Origin: Candidatus Saccharimonadota bacterium
GTDB lineage: Bacteria > Patescibacteriota > Saccharimonadia > Saccharimonadales > UBA4665
Assembly: GCA_039931245.1 (NCBI GenBank)
Contig: JBDTSH010000014.1
Location: 258-64,257 of the forward strand
Direction: 5' to 3'
Length of the DNA: 64,000 bases
Position 1 is the stretch's first letter; each line of letters opens with the position of its first letter. Under the pieces are notes generated by a model that was given only the letters and a program-made list of their open reading frames with translations, did no database searches and was not told where the DNA came from. Positions 17,411 through 26,011 of the stretch are shown one piece after another. The position numbers were made by a program, and so were the translations under genes.

Positions 17411-18445
17411 ATGAAGACACGACTCGCAATTAATGGCTTTGGACGGATCGGCCGTAACGCCTTTAAAGTAGCTTTTGCCCGCACTGATATCGACGTGGTG
17501 GCGATCAACGACCTGACCGACACGAAGACCCTCGCTCACTTGCTCAAGTACGACAGCAACTACGGTACCTACGCCCACGACGTCGGTCATGATGAAACCG
17601 GGATTATCGTCGATGGCCAGCATATCCTGGTGTTGGCAGAGCTCGACCCCGCGAAATTGCCGTGGGCCGCGCAGAATGTCGACGTCGTCATTGAATCGAC
17701 CGGTTTCTTTGTGGATCCCGCTAAGGCTCGGGCGCATATCACGGCCGGCGCTAAGAAAGTTGTCTTGTCGGCCCCCGCCAAGGGAGAAGGCGCCACCACC
17801 ATAGTGCTCGGAGTCAATGAAGATAAATTGGAAGACGCCAGCGATATCATCAGTAACGCGAGCTGTACAACCAACTGTATTACTCCGGTCGCCGCCGTGA
17901 TCGAGAGTCACTTTGGTATCGAAAAAGCTATGATGACCACGATTCACAGCTATACCGCCAGCCAAAAACTGCAAGACGCCCCGGCCAAAGACCTCCGGGA
18001 AGCCCGCAGCGCCGCCGAAAACATCGTTCCCACCACCACCGGGGCCTCCATTGCCGCCGGTCAGGCCCTGCCGGCTTTAGTCGGTATCTTCGGCGGACTG
18101 AGTGTCCGCGTACCCACCCCCGTCGTTAGTCTGAGTGACTTCGTCATCATCACTAAGCGCAATGTTTCAGTGGAAGAGGTCAACGCCGTCTTTACCCAGG
18201 CCGCTAGCGAGCCCTATTACCAGGGTATCCTCGGCGTCACCGAAGAAGAGCTGGTCAGCAGTGACTTTATTGGCAACAGCCACAGTTGCATCGTTGACCT
18301 CAAGCTGACGGCCGTCGTCGCCGGTAATATGCTCAAAGTTGTCGCTTGGTACGATAACGAATGGGGTTACAGCAATCGCCTGGTGGAAGTCGTCGCCGAC
18401 ACCGGCCGCTTGCTGCACAAGGGCGAAGCCCACGATCACGAGTAG
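17411..18445 (+). CDS. gap: Glyceraldehyde-3-phosphate dehydrogenase (type I)
   Basis: INGFGRIGR, active site SNASCTTNC, WYDNEWGYS. Confidence 0.95.
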   Translation: MKTRLAINGFGRIGRNAFKVAFARTDIDVVAINDLTDTKTLAHLLKYDSNYGTYAHDVGHDETGIIVDGQHILVLAELDPAKLPWAAQNVDVVIESTGFFVDPAKARAHITAGAKKVVLSAPAKGEGATTIVLGVNEDKLEDASDIISNASCTTNCITPVAAVIESHFGIEKAMMTTIHSYTASQKLQDAPAKDLREARSAAENIVPTTTGASIAAGQALPALVGIFGGLSVRVPTPVVSLSDFVIITKRNVSVEEVNAVFTQAASEPYYQGILGVTEEELVSSDFIGNSHSCIVDLKLTAVVAGNMLKVVAWYDNEWGYSNRLVEVVADTGRLLHKGEAHDHE

Positions 18446-18447
18446 AC

Positions 18448-18714
18448 ATGGCGGCGCACGTAACCGTACCAGCTCCTAATTCAAACAAACTGCGCCGTGC
18501 CACGGGGTTGCGTGGTCCGGCCTACTGTCTCGGCCTCGGGTTATTGCTCCTGGCCTGGGCGGCCTGTACGGCTTACCGCCTATCGGCCGCCGGTGGCCTC
18601 TCCAGCGTAGTGGGGTTTTTAGTAATGCCACTGTTGCTATTCACCGGGACGGTTATTACCCTACCGGCGGCCCTCATACTCATTAAGCGGTTAATCCAAA
18701 AGAAGGTAGCATGA
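18448..18714 (+). CDS. Small two-TM membrane protein (88 aa) between gap and rpiB
   Basis: ATG lies 2 nt after the gap stop, and its stop overlaps the rpiB start (ATGA). It has a basic N-tail, two hydrophobic helices and a basic C-tail (KRLIQKKVA). Confidence 0.5.
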   Translation: MAAHVTVPAPNSNKLRRATGLRGPAYCLGLGLLLLAWAACTAYRLSAAGGLSSVVGFLVMPLLLFTGTVITLPAALILIKRLIQKKVA

Positions 18715-19157
18715 AGATATTCATTGGCGCCGACCATAACGGTTGGCAATTCAAACAAGATTTGACGAAATATTTAACGGCTGCCGGCCACGAGGTCATT
18801 GAAGAGGGCAACGTGATGAGCGACCCCAATGATGATTTTCCCCAGTTCGCCGGGCGGACGGTCAACGACTTATTGGCCAGTGGCGACAGCCAGGCCCGGG
18901 GACTGCTCATCTGTGGCAGCGGCCAGGGCATGTGCATGGCAGCTAACCGCTTCAAGAGTATCCGAGCCAGTTTGTGCTGGAACCTCGAAGAGGCCCGGGC
19001 CAGCCGCAATGATGACGATAGCAATGTACTATGCTTATCGGCCCGCTCGCTGTCGCTCAGCGAAGCCCAGTCGATCATCACCGTCTTCTTGAACACCCCG
19101 TTTGCCGGGGCGCCACGTTTCGTCCGCCGTTTAAATGAACTCGATCAGTTGGGCTAA
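18711..19157 (+). CDS. rpiB: Ribose-5-phosphate isomerase B
   Basis: MKIFIGADHNGW start and ICGSGQGMCMAANR catalytic-Cys block. Confidence 0.9.
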   Translation: MKIFIGADHNGWQFKQDLTKYLTAAGHEVIEEGNVMSDPNDDFPQFAGRTVNDLLASGDSQARGLLICGSGQGMCMAANRFKSIRASLCWNLEEARASRNDDDSNVLCLSARSLSLSEAQSIITVFLNTPFAGAPRFVRRLNELDQLG

Positions 19158-19161
19158 TCGT

Positions 19162-19803
19162 ATGCCAATCATTTGTCCCACGGTAACCGCTGAAACCCCC
19201 CATGACTACCAACAGCAGTTGCTGCGCTTGCAGCCGTTTGCTGCGCGGGTCCACGTCGATTTGATGGATGGCCAATTTGCCCCGACCACCTCGCCGGCCC
19301 TCAGTGAAATCTGGTGGCCACCGGACATGAAGGTCGATATCCACTTAATGTATCAAAACCCCATGGATTACATTGACCAGCTTATCAAGCTTCGCCCGCG
19401 CCTGGTCGTTATCCATAATGAAGCCCACGTCCATCACATGCATTTTGCTGCCCGGTTGCACCACGCCGGTATTTTGGCCGGTCTGGCTATCTTGAGCGAG
19501 ACCCCGGTAGAATATGCCTATCAAATCATGCACAGCTTTGATCATGTGCTGGTGTTCAGCGGGCACCTCGGCTATCACGGCGGCGTGGCCGACCTTGGAT
19601 TGCTCGATAAGGTCCAGAAAATTCGGTCCCATCACCCCGAAGCTGAAATTGGCTGGGATGGCGGCATCAATGATCAAAACATCCACGCGCTCGTCCGGGG
19701 CGGCGTCGAGGTTTTGAACGTCGGCGGCTTCGTCCAGGGGGCGGCCGATCCGGCTCAGGCTTTCCAAATATTGACGGCTAAATTAGGCGCCTGGCGTGAA
19801 TAA
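19162..19803 (+). CDS. rpe: Ribulose-phosphate 3-epimerase family protein
   Basis: HVDLMDGQFAP (H.D.MDG.F.P) metal-binding motif with TIM-barrel length. Start ambiguous (19135 or 19162). Confidence 0.75.
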   Translation: MPIICPTVTAETPHDYQQQLLRLQPFAARVHVDLMDGQFAPTTSPALSEIWWPPDMKVDIHLMYQNPMDYIDQLIKLRPRLVVIHNEAHVHHMHFAARLHHAGILAGLAILSETPVEYAYQIMHSFDHVLVFSGHLGYHGGVADLGLLDKVQKIRSHHPEAEIGWDGGINDQNIHALVRGGVEVLNVGGFVQGAADPAQAFQILTAKLGAWRE

Positions 19804-19823
19804 GTGTCCGAAACGGCATAGTT

Positions 19824-19832
19824 TGGTACAAT
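19824..19832 (+). promoter_or_regulatory. Extended -10 element TGgTACAAT upstream of the transketolase N-subunit gene
   Basis: TGGTACAAT at 19824-19832, 10 nt before ATG 19843. Confidence 0.4.
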
Positions 19833-19842
19833 CATTAGCATA

Positions 19843-20700
19843 ATGACACAAAAACTACCTATCACTCAGCTGGAAACTATTGCCACTACTATTCGCGAGG
19901 ATATTATTAAAATGCTCGAGCATGCCGGCAGCGGTCACTCGGCTGGTCCCCTCGGCTTGGCCGATGTCTTTAGTGCGCTTTATTTTGACGTCTTGCGCCA
20001 CGATCCGAAAAATCCTGACTGGAACGAACGCGATATCTTGCTGCTCAGTAACGGGCACTGTGTGCCTGTTCGCTACGCCGCCATGGCCCAAGCCGGTTAC
20101 TTTGACCGTCAGGAACTCATGACCTTGCGAAAGCTCGGCTCGCGCTTGCAGGGTCACCCCGAGCGGACTCGCCTGCCCGGGCTAGAAACCACCAGTGGTC
20201 CCCTCGGTTGTGGTTTAAGCCAGGCCTGTGGCATCGCCCTGGCCCAACGGATGGACGGCATCACACACCGCTGGGTCTACGTCGTCATGGGGGATGGTGA
20301 GATCGACGAGGGCAATGTCTGGGAAGCGGCTATGCTGGCCAGTAAATATCGTTTGAACAACGTCATTGCTATTCTCGATCGCAACAATATCCAAATTGAT
20401 GGACCGACCGAGGACGTCATGCCGCTCGAGGACCTGCGCGGTAAATGGGAAGCCTTTGGCTGGCACGTCCTCGAGATCAACGGCAACGACGTTGAGGCGG
20501 TGATCGACGCCTGCGCCATGGCCAAATCGATTGTCGAGAAGCCGGTTATGATTATTGCTCATACTATCCCGGGTAAGGGTGTCGACTTCATGGAAGGTGA
20601 TTTTCACTGGCACGGTATGCCGCCCAATCCCGAACAGGCCAAGAAAGCCCTCCACGAACTGCGCACCCTGGGCGGTAAAATCAGGGGGGAGCATGAGTAG
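19843..20700 (+). CDS. tkt: Transketolase, N-terminal (TPP-binding) subunit
   Basis: GSGHSAGPLG, SNGH, GDGEIDEGNVWEA TPP-binding motif. About 285 aa, typical of split transketolases. Confidence 0.9.
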   Translation: MTQKLPITQLETIATTIREDIIKMLEHAGSGHSAGPLGLADVFSALYFDVLRHDPKNPDWNERDILLLSNGHCVPVRYAAMAQAGYFDRQELMTLRKLGSRLQGHPERTRLPGLETTSGPLGCGLSQACGIALAQRMDGITHRWVYVVMGDGEIDEGNVWEAAMLASKYRLNNVIAILDRNNIQIDGPTEDVMPLEDLRGKWEAFGWHVLEINGNDVEAVIDACAMAKSIVEKPVMIIAHTIPGKGVDFMEGDFHWHGMPPNPEQAKKALHELRTLGGKIRGEHE

Positions 20701-20998
20701 TTCGACGGCCCGCTACCGTCGGCAGTACAGGCATCGCTCGGCCAGTGTGATTATCTGGAGCTGGGCCGGGGCGTTGGCCAGTCTGGCGCTGGTCGGGCCG
20801 GCCTATTTTATGTTGAGTGCCGATCTGAGTGGTTTGCGGTCCTGCAGCGTCAATAATTCCGGGCTGACCAATAGCAGCTGCGGCAAGCAATCGCTGAACC
20901 TCGGCGACTTTATTATAGTGATTTTAGTGCTCGGTGTCGCAGTACTGGCCGCCAGTGCCGTGACGCACGCCATCCGCATGACAAGGAGAGTCAAATGA
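20693..20998 (+). CDS. Small two-TM membrane protein (101 aa) inserted between the transketolase subunit genes
   Basis: ATG 20693 overlaps the tkt-N stop by 8 nt, and its stop overlaps the tkt-C start (ATGA). It has a basic N-tail (RYRRQYRHR), two helices and a basic C-tail (RMTRRVK). Confidence 0.5.
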   Translation: MSSSTARYRRQYRHRSASVIIWSWAGALASLALVGPAYFMLSADLSGLRSCSVNNSGLTNSSCGKQSLNLGDFIIVILVLGVAVLAASAVTHAIRMTRRVK

Positions 20999-21966
20999 GT
21001 GAGTATTATCTGGTTGATATATCCAAAGAATTGGTCAGTGAGCCAATCCGTAAAGGCTTCGGTCGGGGGTTATTGGCGGCGGGTAAGCTTGACGAGCGCG
21101 TCGTGGCGGCCTGTGCTGACCTAACCGACTCGACGCAAATGGGCCTCTTTCGGGCGGAATTTCCGGAACGCTTTGTCGAAGTCGGCGTGGCTGAGCAGAA
21201 CCTAGTGACAGTCGGCGCCGGTCTCGCGGCCGGCGGTAAAATTCCTTTCGTGTCGAGCTATGCCGCGTTTAGCCCGGGACGAAACTGGGAACAGATCCGG
21301 ACGACAATTTGTCTTAATGACCGCCCCGTCAAAGTGGTGGGCTCCCACGCCGGCATCAGTGTCGGTCCCGATGGCGCCACTCACCAGATGCTCGAGGATA
21401 TTGCCTTGATGCGGGTCCTACCTAACATGGTCGTCATTGTGCCCGGTGACTCTGTCGAGGCGGAGAAGGCGACGCTGGCCATGGCCCGCGATGGTCGGCC
21501 AAATTATCTGCGACTGGCCCGCGAAGCGACACCAATCTTTACCACCGCCAAAACGCCGTTCAAGATTGGGCCAGCCTACGTTTACGAACAGGGGGTCGAC
21601 GTGACAATAATCGCCACTGGCGCCATGACCTACCAGGCGCTGAAGGCCGCCGTCTTGCTGTACAAGGATGGGATCGAAGCCGAGATTATCCACGTCCCGA
21701 CCATTAAGCCACTGGACAGCGCGACGATACTAAAAAGTGTCCGTAAAACCAAGTGCGTCGTGACGGCCGAAGAGGGCCAGATAATCGGCGGCTTAGGAGG
21801 GGCGATTGCCGAATTGCTCGCCGAAAATTGCCCGGCCCACCTCAAGCGTATTGGTATGAAAGACCGCTTTGGTGAATCCGGTGAACCGGCCGAACTTTAT
21901 ACTCATTTTGGACTGGATGCCGAACACATCCGCCTGGCCGCCCACGAAGTGACTGCTAAAAAATAA
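20995..21966 (+). CDS. tkt: Transketolase, C-terminal (pyrimidine-binding) subunit
   Basis: ERFVEVGVAEQNLV, THQMLEDIALMR. AAGGAG Shine-Dalgarno embedded in the end of the preceding small ORF. Confidence 0.9.
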   Translation: MSEYYLVDISKELVSEPIRKGFGRGLLAAGKLDERVVAACADLTDSTQMGLFRAEFPERFVEVGVAEQNLVTVGAGLAAGGKIPFVSSYAAFSPGRNWEQIRTTICLNDRPVKVVGSHAGISVGPDGATHQMLEDIALMRVLPNMVVIVPGDSVEAEKATLAMARDGRPNYLRLAREATPIFTTAKTPFKIGPAYVYEQGVDVTIIATGAMTYQALKAAVLLYKDGIEAEIIHVPTIKPLDSATILKSVRKTKCVVTAEEGQIIGGLGGAIAELLAENCPAHLKRIGMKDRFGESGEPAELYTHFGLDAEHIRLAAHEVTAKK

Positions 21967-21977
21967 TAGGAGATACT

Positions 21978-22895
21978 ATGCCCTTAACTTTACGACAAAT
22001 TCGCCTCAACTGTGCCCAAGCTCGCGCCCGGATGGAGCAGGCCCGGGAACAGCACTGGGCATTCGGGGCTTTTAATCTCGATGACGAAGCGACTCTGAAG
22101 GCGGTCGTTTTGGCGGCCCGTGCCAAAAATGCGCCAGTCCTCGTAGAAGTCAGTCAAGGTGAAGTCGATGATATCGGCATCGATAACGTCCGGGACCTCG
22201 TTGATAACTTCAAATTCAACTACAACGTCGAGATGTATGTGAACCTCGATCACTGCCCGAGCGTCGAGGCCGCCATGGCCGGTATCGAAGCCGGCTTCGA
22301 GTTTATTCACATCGACGTGTCGCAAGCCAACCATGCGGCCAGTGACGAAGACATTGTCGCCGCCACCAAGGCTGTCGTGAATTATGCCCAGCTGACCGGG
22401 GCGATTGTCGAGAGCGAGCCCCATTACTTTGGTGGTTCCTCCAACCTGCACGCCGAAGCCATTGATTACGATGAAATTAAAAAAACTTTTAGCGATCCCG
22501 ACGGGGCTCGCGCTTTTGTCGAGGCGACGGGGATCGATACGTTTGCGGCCGCCATTGGCAACTTGCACGGAAAGTACCCCGTGCCAAAAGTGCTCGACCT
22601 CGAGCTGCTGCAACGTTTGCGGGATGCGCTCGGTTGTAACATTTCGCTGCACGGCGGTAGTGGTACACCCGGTCACTATTTCCGGGACGCCGTCAAGATT
22701 GGCGTGACAAAGGTCAATATAAATTCCGACATGCGCTTTGCCTACCGCACGGCCCTGCAGAAAGCCCTCCAGGATAACCCCGATGAATATTCAGTTTCGA
22801 AGCTGATTGGCAAGTCGGTTGTACCGGCGGTTCAAGCCGTTGTCGAGAGTAAACTCGAAGATTTCAATTCGGCCGGTCGGGCTTTGAGCGCCTAG
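21978..22895 (+). CDS. fba: Class II fructose/tagatose-bisphosphate aldolase
   Basis: FN.DD start region, NLDH, IHIDVS, LHGGSG, VTKVNINSD blocks. Confidence 0.9.
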   Translation: MPLTLRQIRLNCAQARARMEQAREQHWAFGAFNLDDEATLKAVVLAARAKNAPVLVEVSQGEVDDIGIDNVRDLVDNFKFNYNVEMYVNLDHCPSVEAAMAGIEAGFEFIHIDVSQANHAASDEDIVAATKAVVNYAQLTGAIVESEPHYFGGSSNLHAEAIDYDEIKKTFSDPDGARAFVEATGIDTFAAAIGNLHGKYPVPKVLDLELLQRLRDALGCNISLHGGSGTPGHYFRDAVKIGVTKVNINSDMRFAYRTALQKALQDNPDEYSVSKLIGKSVVPAVQAVVESKLEDFNSAGRALSA

Positions 22896-22968
22896 ACTAA
22901 GTTTGCGGTTGCAATTTCAGACCGCAGTATGTGACAATAAGCATAACAACTATAAAGAGGGTGGGAAC

Positions 22969-23973
22969 GTGGCACAAAAACTAGATGTCCTCAGTATTGG
23001 TGATATCGTCACCGATGCTTTTATAAAACTGTTTGACGACCAGGCGCATGCCTATAAGAACGAGCACGGAAAATGGTTGGCCATGAAGTATGGCACTAAA
23101 TTGCCTTTTGACCACGTCGAAGTTTTACAGGCCGTCGGTAACGCCGCCAACGCCGCCGTCTCCTTCTCTCGTCTGGGCCTCAGCACCGGTCTGGCCACCA
23201 ATGTCGGGGGCGACCAAGAGGGTCGCGACATGATCGCCGCCCTGCATAAGGAGCATATTGATCACCGGTTTGTGCGCATTAACCCCGACAAAAAAAGCAA
23301 CTACCACTATGTTCTTTGGTATAAGGAAGAGCGGACAATCCTCATTAAGCACGAGGAATACGACTACCACTGGCCGTACTTGCGCCCCGGTGATGTGCCG
23401 CGGTGGGTCTACTTCAGCTCCATCAGCCAGCACGCCATGGAGTATCATGACATGATCGCCGACTGGCTCGAACAAAACCCCGACGTGAAACTAGCCTTTC
23501 AGCCGGGTACGTTCCAGATGGAAGCCGGTGTGCCCCGCTTGGCGCGTATTTACGCCCGCACCGAAGTGATCGTTCTCAACCGGGAAGAGGCGGTGTTTGT
23601 CAGCGGCGGTAATTACGACGACCTACACGATTTGTTCAATCGCCTGCACCAGATCGGCCCGAAGATCGTGGTCATTACCGATGGCCCGGATGGAGCCTAT
23701 GCCTCCGACGGCGACAATCGCTACCAGATGCCGCTCTATCCTGACCCGGCGCCCCCCAAAGAACGAACCGGCGCCGGTGACGCCTTTGCTTCGACGCTGG
23801 TTGCCGCCTTGGCCAAGGGCAACACCTTGGAAGGAGCCTTACAGTGGGCGCCGATTAACTCCATGAGTGTCGTCCAACAAACGGGGGCCCAAGCGGGCTT
23901 GCTCTCAGAAAAAGAAATCGAAGAGCTGTTGCGCACATCACCCGATTGGTACCACACTACCAGACTGCAGTAG
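22969..23973 (+). CDS. PfkB-family carbohydrate/sugar-phosphate kinase
   Basis: C-terminal TGAGDAFASTLVAALAKG ATP/anion-hole motif. GTG 22969 is preferred because an AAGAGGGTGGG Shine-Dalgarno-like run lies just upstream. Confidence 0.8.
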   Translation: MAQKLDVLSIGDIVTDAFIKLFDDQAHAYKNEHGKWLAMKYGTKLPFDHVEVLQAVGNAANAAVSFSRLGLSTGLATNVGGDQEGRDMIAALHKEHIDHRFVRINPDKKSNYHYVLWYKEERTILIKHEEYDYHWPYLRPGDVPRWVYFSSISQHAMEYHDMIADWLEQNPDVKLAFQPGTFQMEAGVPRLARIYARTEVIVLNREEAVFVSGGNYDDLHDLFNRLHQIGPKIVVITDGPDGAYASDGDNRYQMPLYPDPAPPKERTGAGDAFASTLVAALAKGNTLEGALQWAPINSMSVVQQTGAQAGLLSEKEIEELLRTSPDWYHTTRLQ

Positions 23974-24084
23974 GGCAGTTTCCGATAGATCAACCTATAT
24001 TTTTTCAGAGGTGCTTATGGTAATCTGTAGGTAAGGAATAACTATGCGTCAGCCCAATAAAAAATCGCACGATAATTCAGCCCA

Positions 24085-25332
24085 ATGACACGATTTTTAT
24101 CCGAGTCGCTGACCGCGCCGGAGCCCCGTTTCGGGCTCGGTTTGCGCCGGCTGGAACGGGCCAATGGGAACCCGAGTGCCGATATTCGCCTGACCGTTGA
24201 AGTGAAACGCGACACTCGCCGGAAGCTTGCCGAATTGGGGCTTCACCCTGATGACACGACCGCGGCCGAGCTTTATCACGCCCTGCAAACCCGGGTCAAG
24301 CTCGACGATATCCGGTTGACGACCAGGCTGCGCACGATTGCCGCAACCCATGTTTCGGCCGAAGGTGACGTCGTGGCTGGCATGGCCCACGCTCTCCAGA
24401 CTGCGCCATTGCCGAAGAACTGTTTTGCGCTCAAGGCCGCCAGCTTGCGAACTATTATCAAAAAGTTGCCCCCCAAAAAAGCCCTCAAGCAACTGGGTTA
24501 CCGCTCGCTCCCTTCAATGCTCAAGCACGAATCGGCAGCGACGATCTTGACCGCCGCCGTCTTGACCGAGCACGCCAGTTGGTATCGCAACGTCGTCGAA
24601 GCCTATAAGCGCCTGACGCCGGCCGATTTCGAGAATCGGCCTATCGCCATCCTCCACCCCACCACTTCCAAGTGGCGGTCTCTGGCTGCCAGTGATGTCG
24701 CCAAACGCCATCATAATATCATGAGTTTTCCAGAGCTGGGGGCAATCGTATTATTGCCACTACCTGATGAACGGCCGGCCGGCGCGGTGACGGCCAGCTT
24801 GGTCCTCGCTTTGCACGCTCTAAACGAAGTGCGCGCCAGCAGTACCTTTCTCAAGCTCTGTCAGGTTCGTCCGGATTTTGGACACGTCGTCGCCACGGTG
24901 GCCACCAGCCGACCTGAATTGCCGGCTGGCTTGTTCGACCAGTCGGTGCCCTGGCATCTTGTGCAGCGCTATTATGCCCGTTGGCAGCACCTTTTCAATG
25001 AAGAATTGTTTGCCCCGCACATCCGGCTCGAAGATTTGTCGTGGCATAATATTGAAGATATCTTGATTCACATTGAGCCGAGCCTCAAATTCTGGCAGGG
25101 AAGCGCTCACCTGGGGGTCGTCCACAACCGTCAGCCGGTCTCACTCAATCTCATTGACGTGGCGCTGAACTATTGTAATCGGCTGCCATTTGAACAGCGG
25201 TCTTTCGAGCATTTTCAACGATCGCTTTGGCAGGAACTGTCACTGCGCTATTTACAGCCCCAAAATATCGAGCAGGCCGTCTTGGGAGTCTTGCAACCTA
25301 AATTTGCGCCCGCTCGCGCCCTCATTAATTAG
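24085..25332 (+). CDS. Hypothetical protein (415 aa), no recognisable domain
   Basis: Long clean ORF with coding-like codon bias, ending 11 nt upstream of the SLOG/TIGR00725 gene. Confidence 0.6.
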   Translation: MTRFLSESLTAPEPRFGLGLRRLERANGNPSADIRLTVEVKRDTRRKLAELGLHPDDTTAAELYHALQTRVKLDDIRLTTRLRTIAATHVSAEGDVVAGMAHALQTAPLPKNCFALKAASLRTIIKKLPPKKALKQLGYRSLPSMLKHESAATILTAAVLTEHASWYRNVVEAYKRLTPADFENRPIAILHPTTSKWRSLAASDVAKRHHNIMSFPELGAIVLLPLPDERPAGAVTASLVLALHALNEVRASSTFLKLCQVRPDFGHVVATVATSRPELPAGLFDQSVPWHLVQRYYARWQHLFNEELFAPHIRLEDLSWHNIEDILIHIEPSLKFWQGSAHLGVVHNRQPVSLNLIDVALNYCNRLPFEQRSFEHFQRSLWQELSLRYLQPQNIEQAVLGVLQPKFAPARALIN

Positions 25333-25343
25333 AAAGGTATCAC

Positions 25344-25910
25344 ATGTATCAGATTTGCGTTTCCGGAGCCGCTAAAGGCGACAGTGTCCAAGAAGGTAAA
25401 CTCCTCGCCGCCGCCCTCGGGGTAGCTATCGCCAAAGCCGGCCATGCCCTTATGACCGGCGCCACCGTCGGGCTGCCAAATTACGCCGCCGAGGCCTACA
25501 AGCAGGCCGGGGGAGTGATGAGCGTCGGGATTAGTCCGGCCGCGTCAAAAGTTGAACACGTCATGAAATACCGCCTGCCGATACTGGCCTACGATACGAT
25601 TCTTTACTCCGGACTGCACTACGTCGGCCGCGACGCCCTTTTGATTACTTCGAGTGATGCCGTGGTCAGTCTGGGCGGCCGCCTCGGCACGTTGCATGAA
25701 TTTACGATTGCTCTCGAAACTGATACGCCGATCGGGTTTTTGCAGGGCGCCGGCGGCGTCAGCGATCAGATCCAAACGCTGATGAGCCTGGCCCACCCCC
25801 TGCGGGCCGGCGCGATGGTGACCTTTAACGAATCGGCCGAGGCCCTCCTCCAAGAGTTAACCGACCACCTCGATATTGAGCACGCCAAGTACCGCGATTT
25901 GTACCAATAA
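25344..25910 (+). CDS. TIGR00725 / SLOG (LOG-like) Rossmann-fold protein
   Basis: ICVSGAAKG N-terminal glycine-rich loop and GGRLGTLHE, which resembles the PGGxGTxxE motif of LOG-family proteins. Confidence 0.7.
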   Translation: MYQICVSGAAKGDSVQEGKLLAAALGVAIAKAGHALMTGATVGLPNYAAEAYKQAGGVMSVGISPAASKVEHVMKYRLPILAYDTILYSGLHYVGRDALLITSSDAVVSLGGRLGTLHEFTIALETDTPIGFLQGAGGVSDQIQTLMSLAHPLRAGAMVTFNESAEALLQELTDHLDIEHAKYRDLYQ

Positions 25911-25996
25911 AGCTAGTTCCAGCCAGTTTCCTGAGCTCACGAAAACAAATCATTTATCAGGCGGCTCCGTCGCCCCCATTATGTTGAGCCACAACT

Positions 25997-26005
25997 TGCT
26001 ACAAT
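25997..26005 (+). promoter_or_regulatory. Extended -10 element TGcTACAAT, 6 nt before the uvrB GTG (leaderless geometry)
   Basis: TGCTACAAT at 25997-26005, start codon at 26012. Confidence 0.45.
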
Positions 26006-26011
26006 AGGGGA

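Noticed and set aside
21686-21693. DnaA-box-like TTATCCAC.
   Set aside because: It is a single copy inside the tkt-C coding sequence, with no cluster of boxes or AT-rich unwinding element, so it is not an origin.
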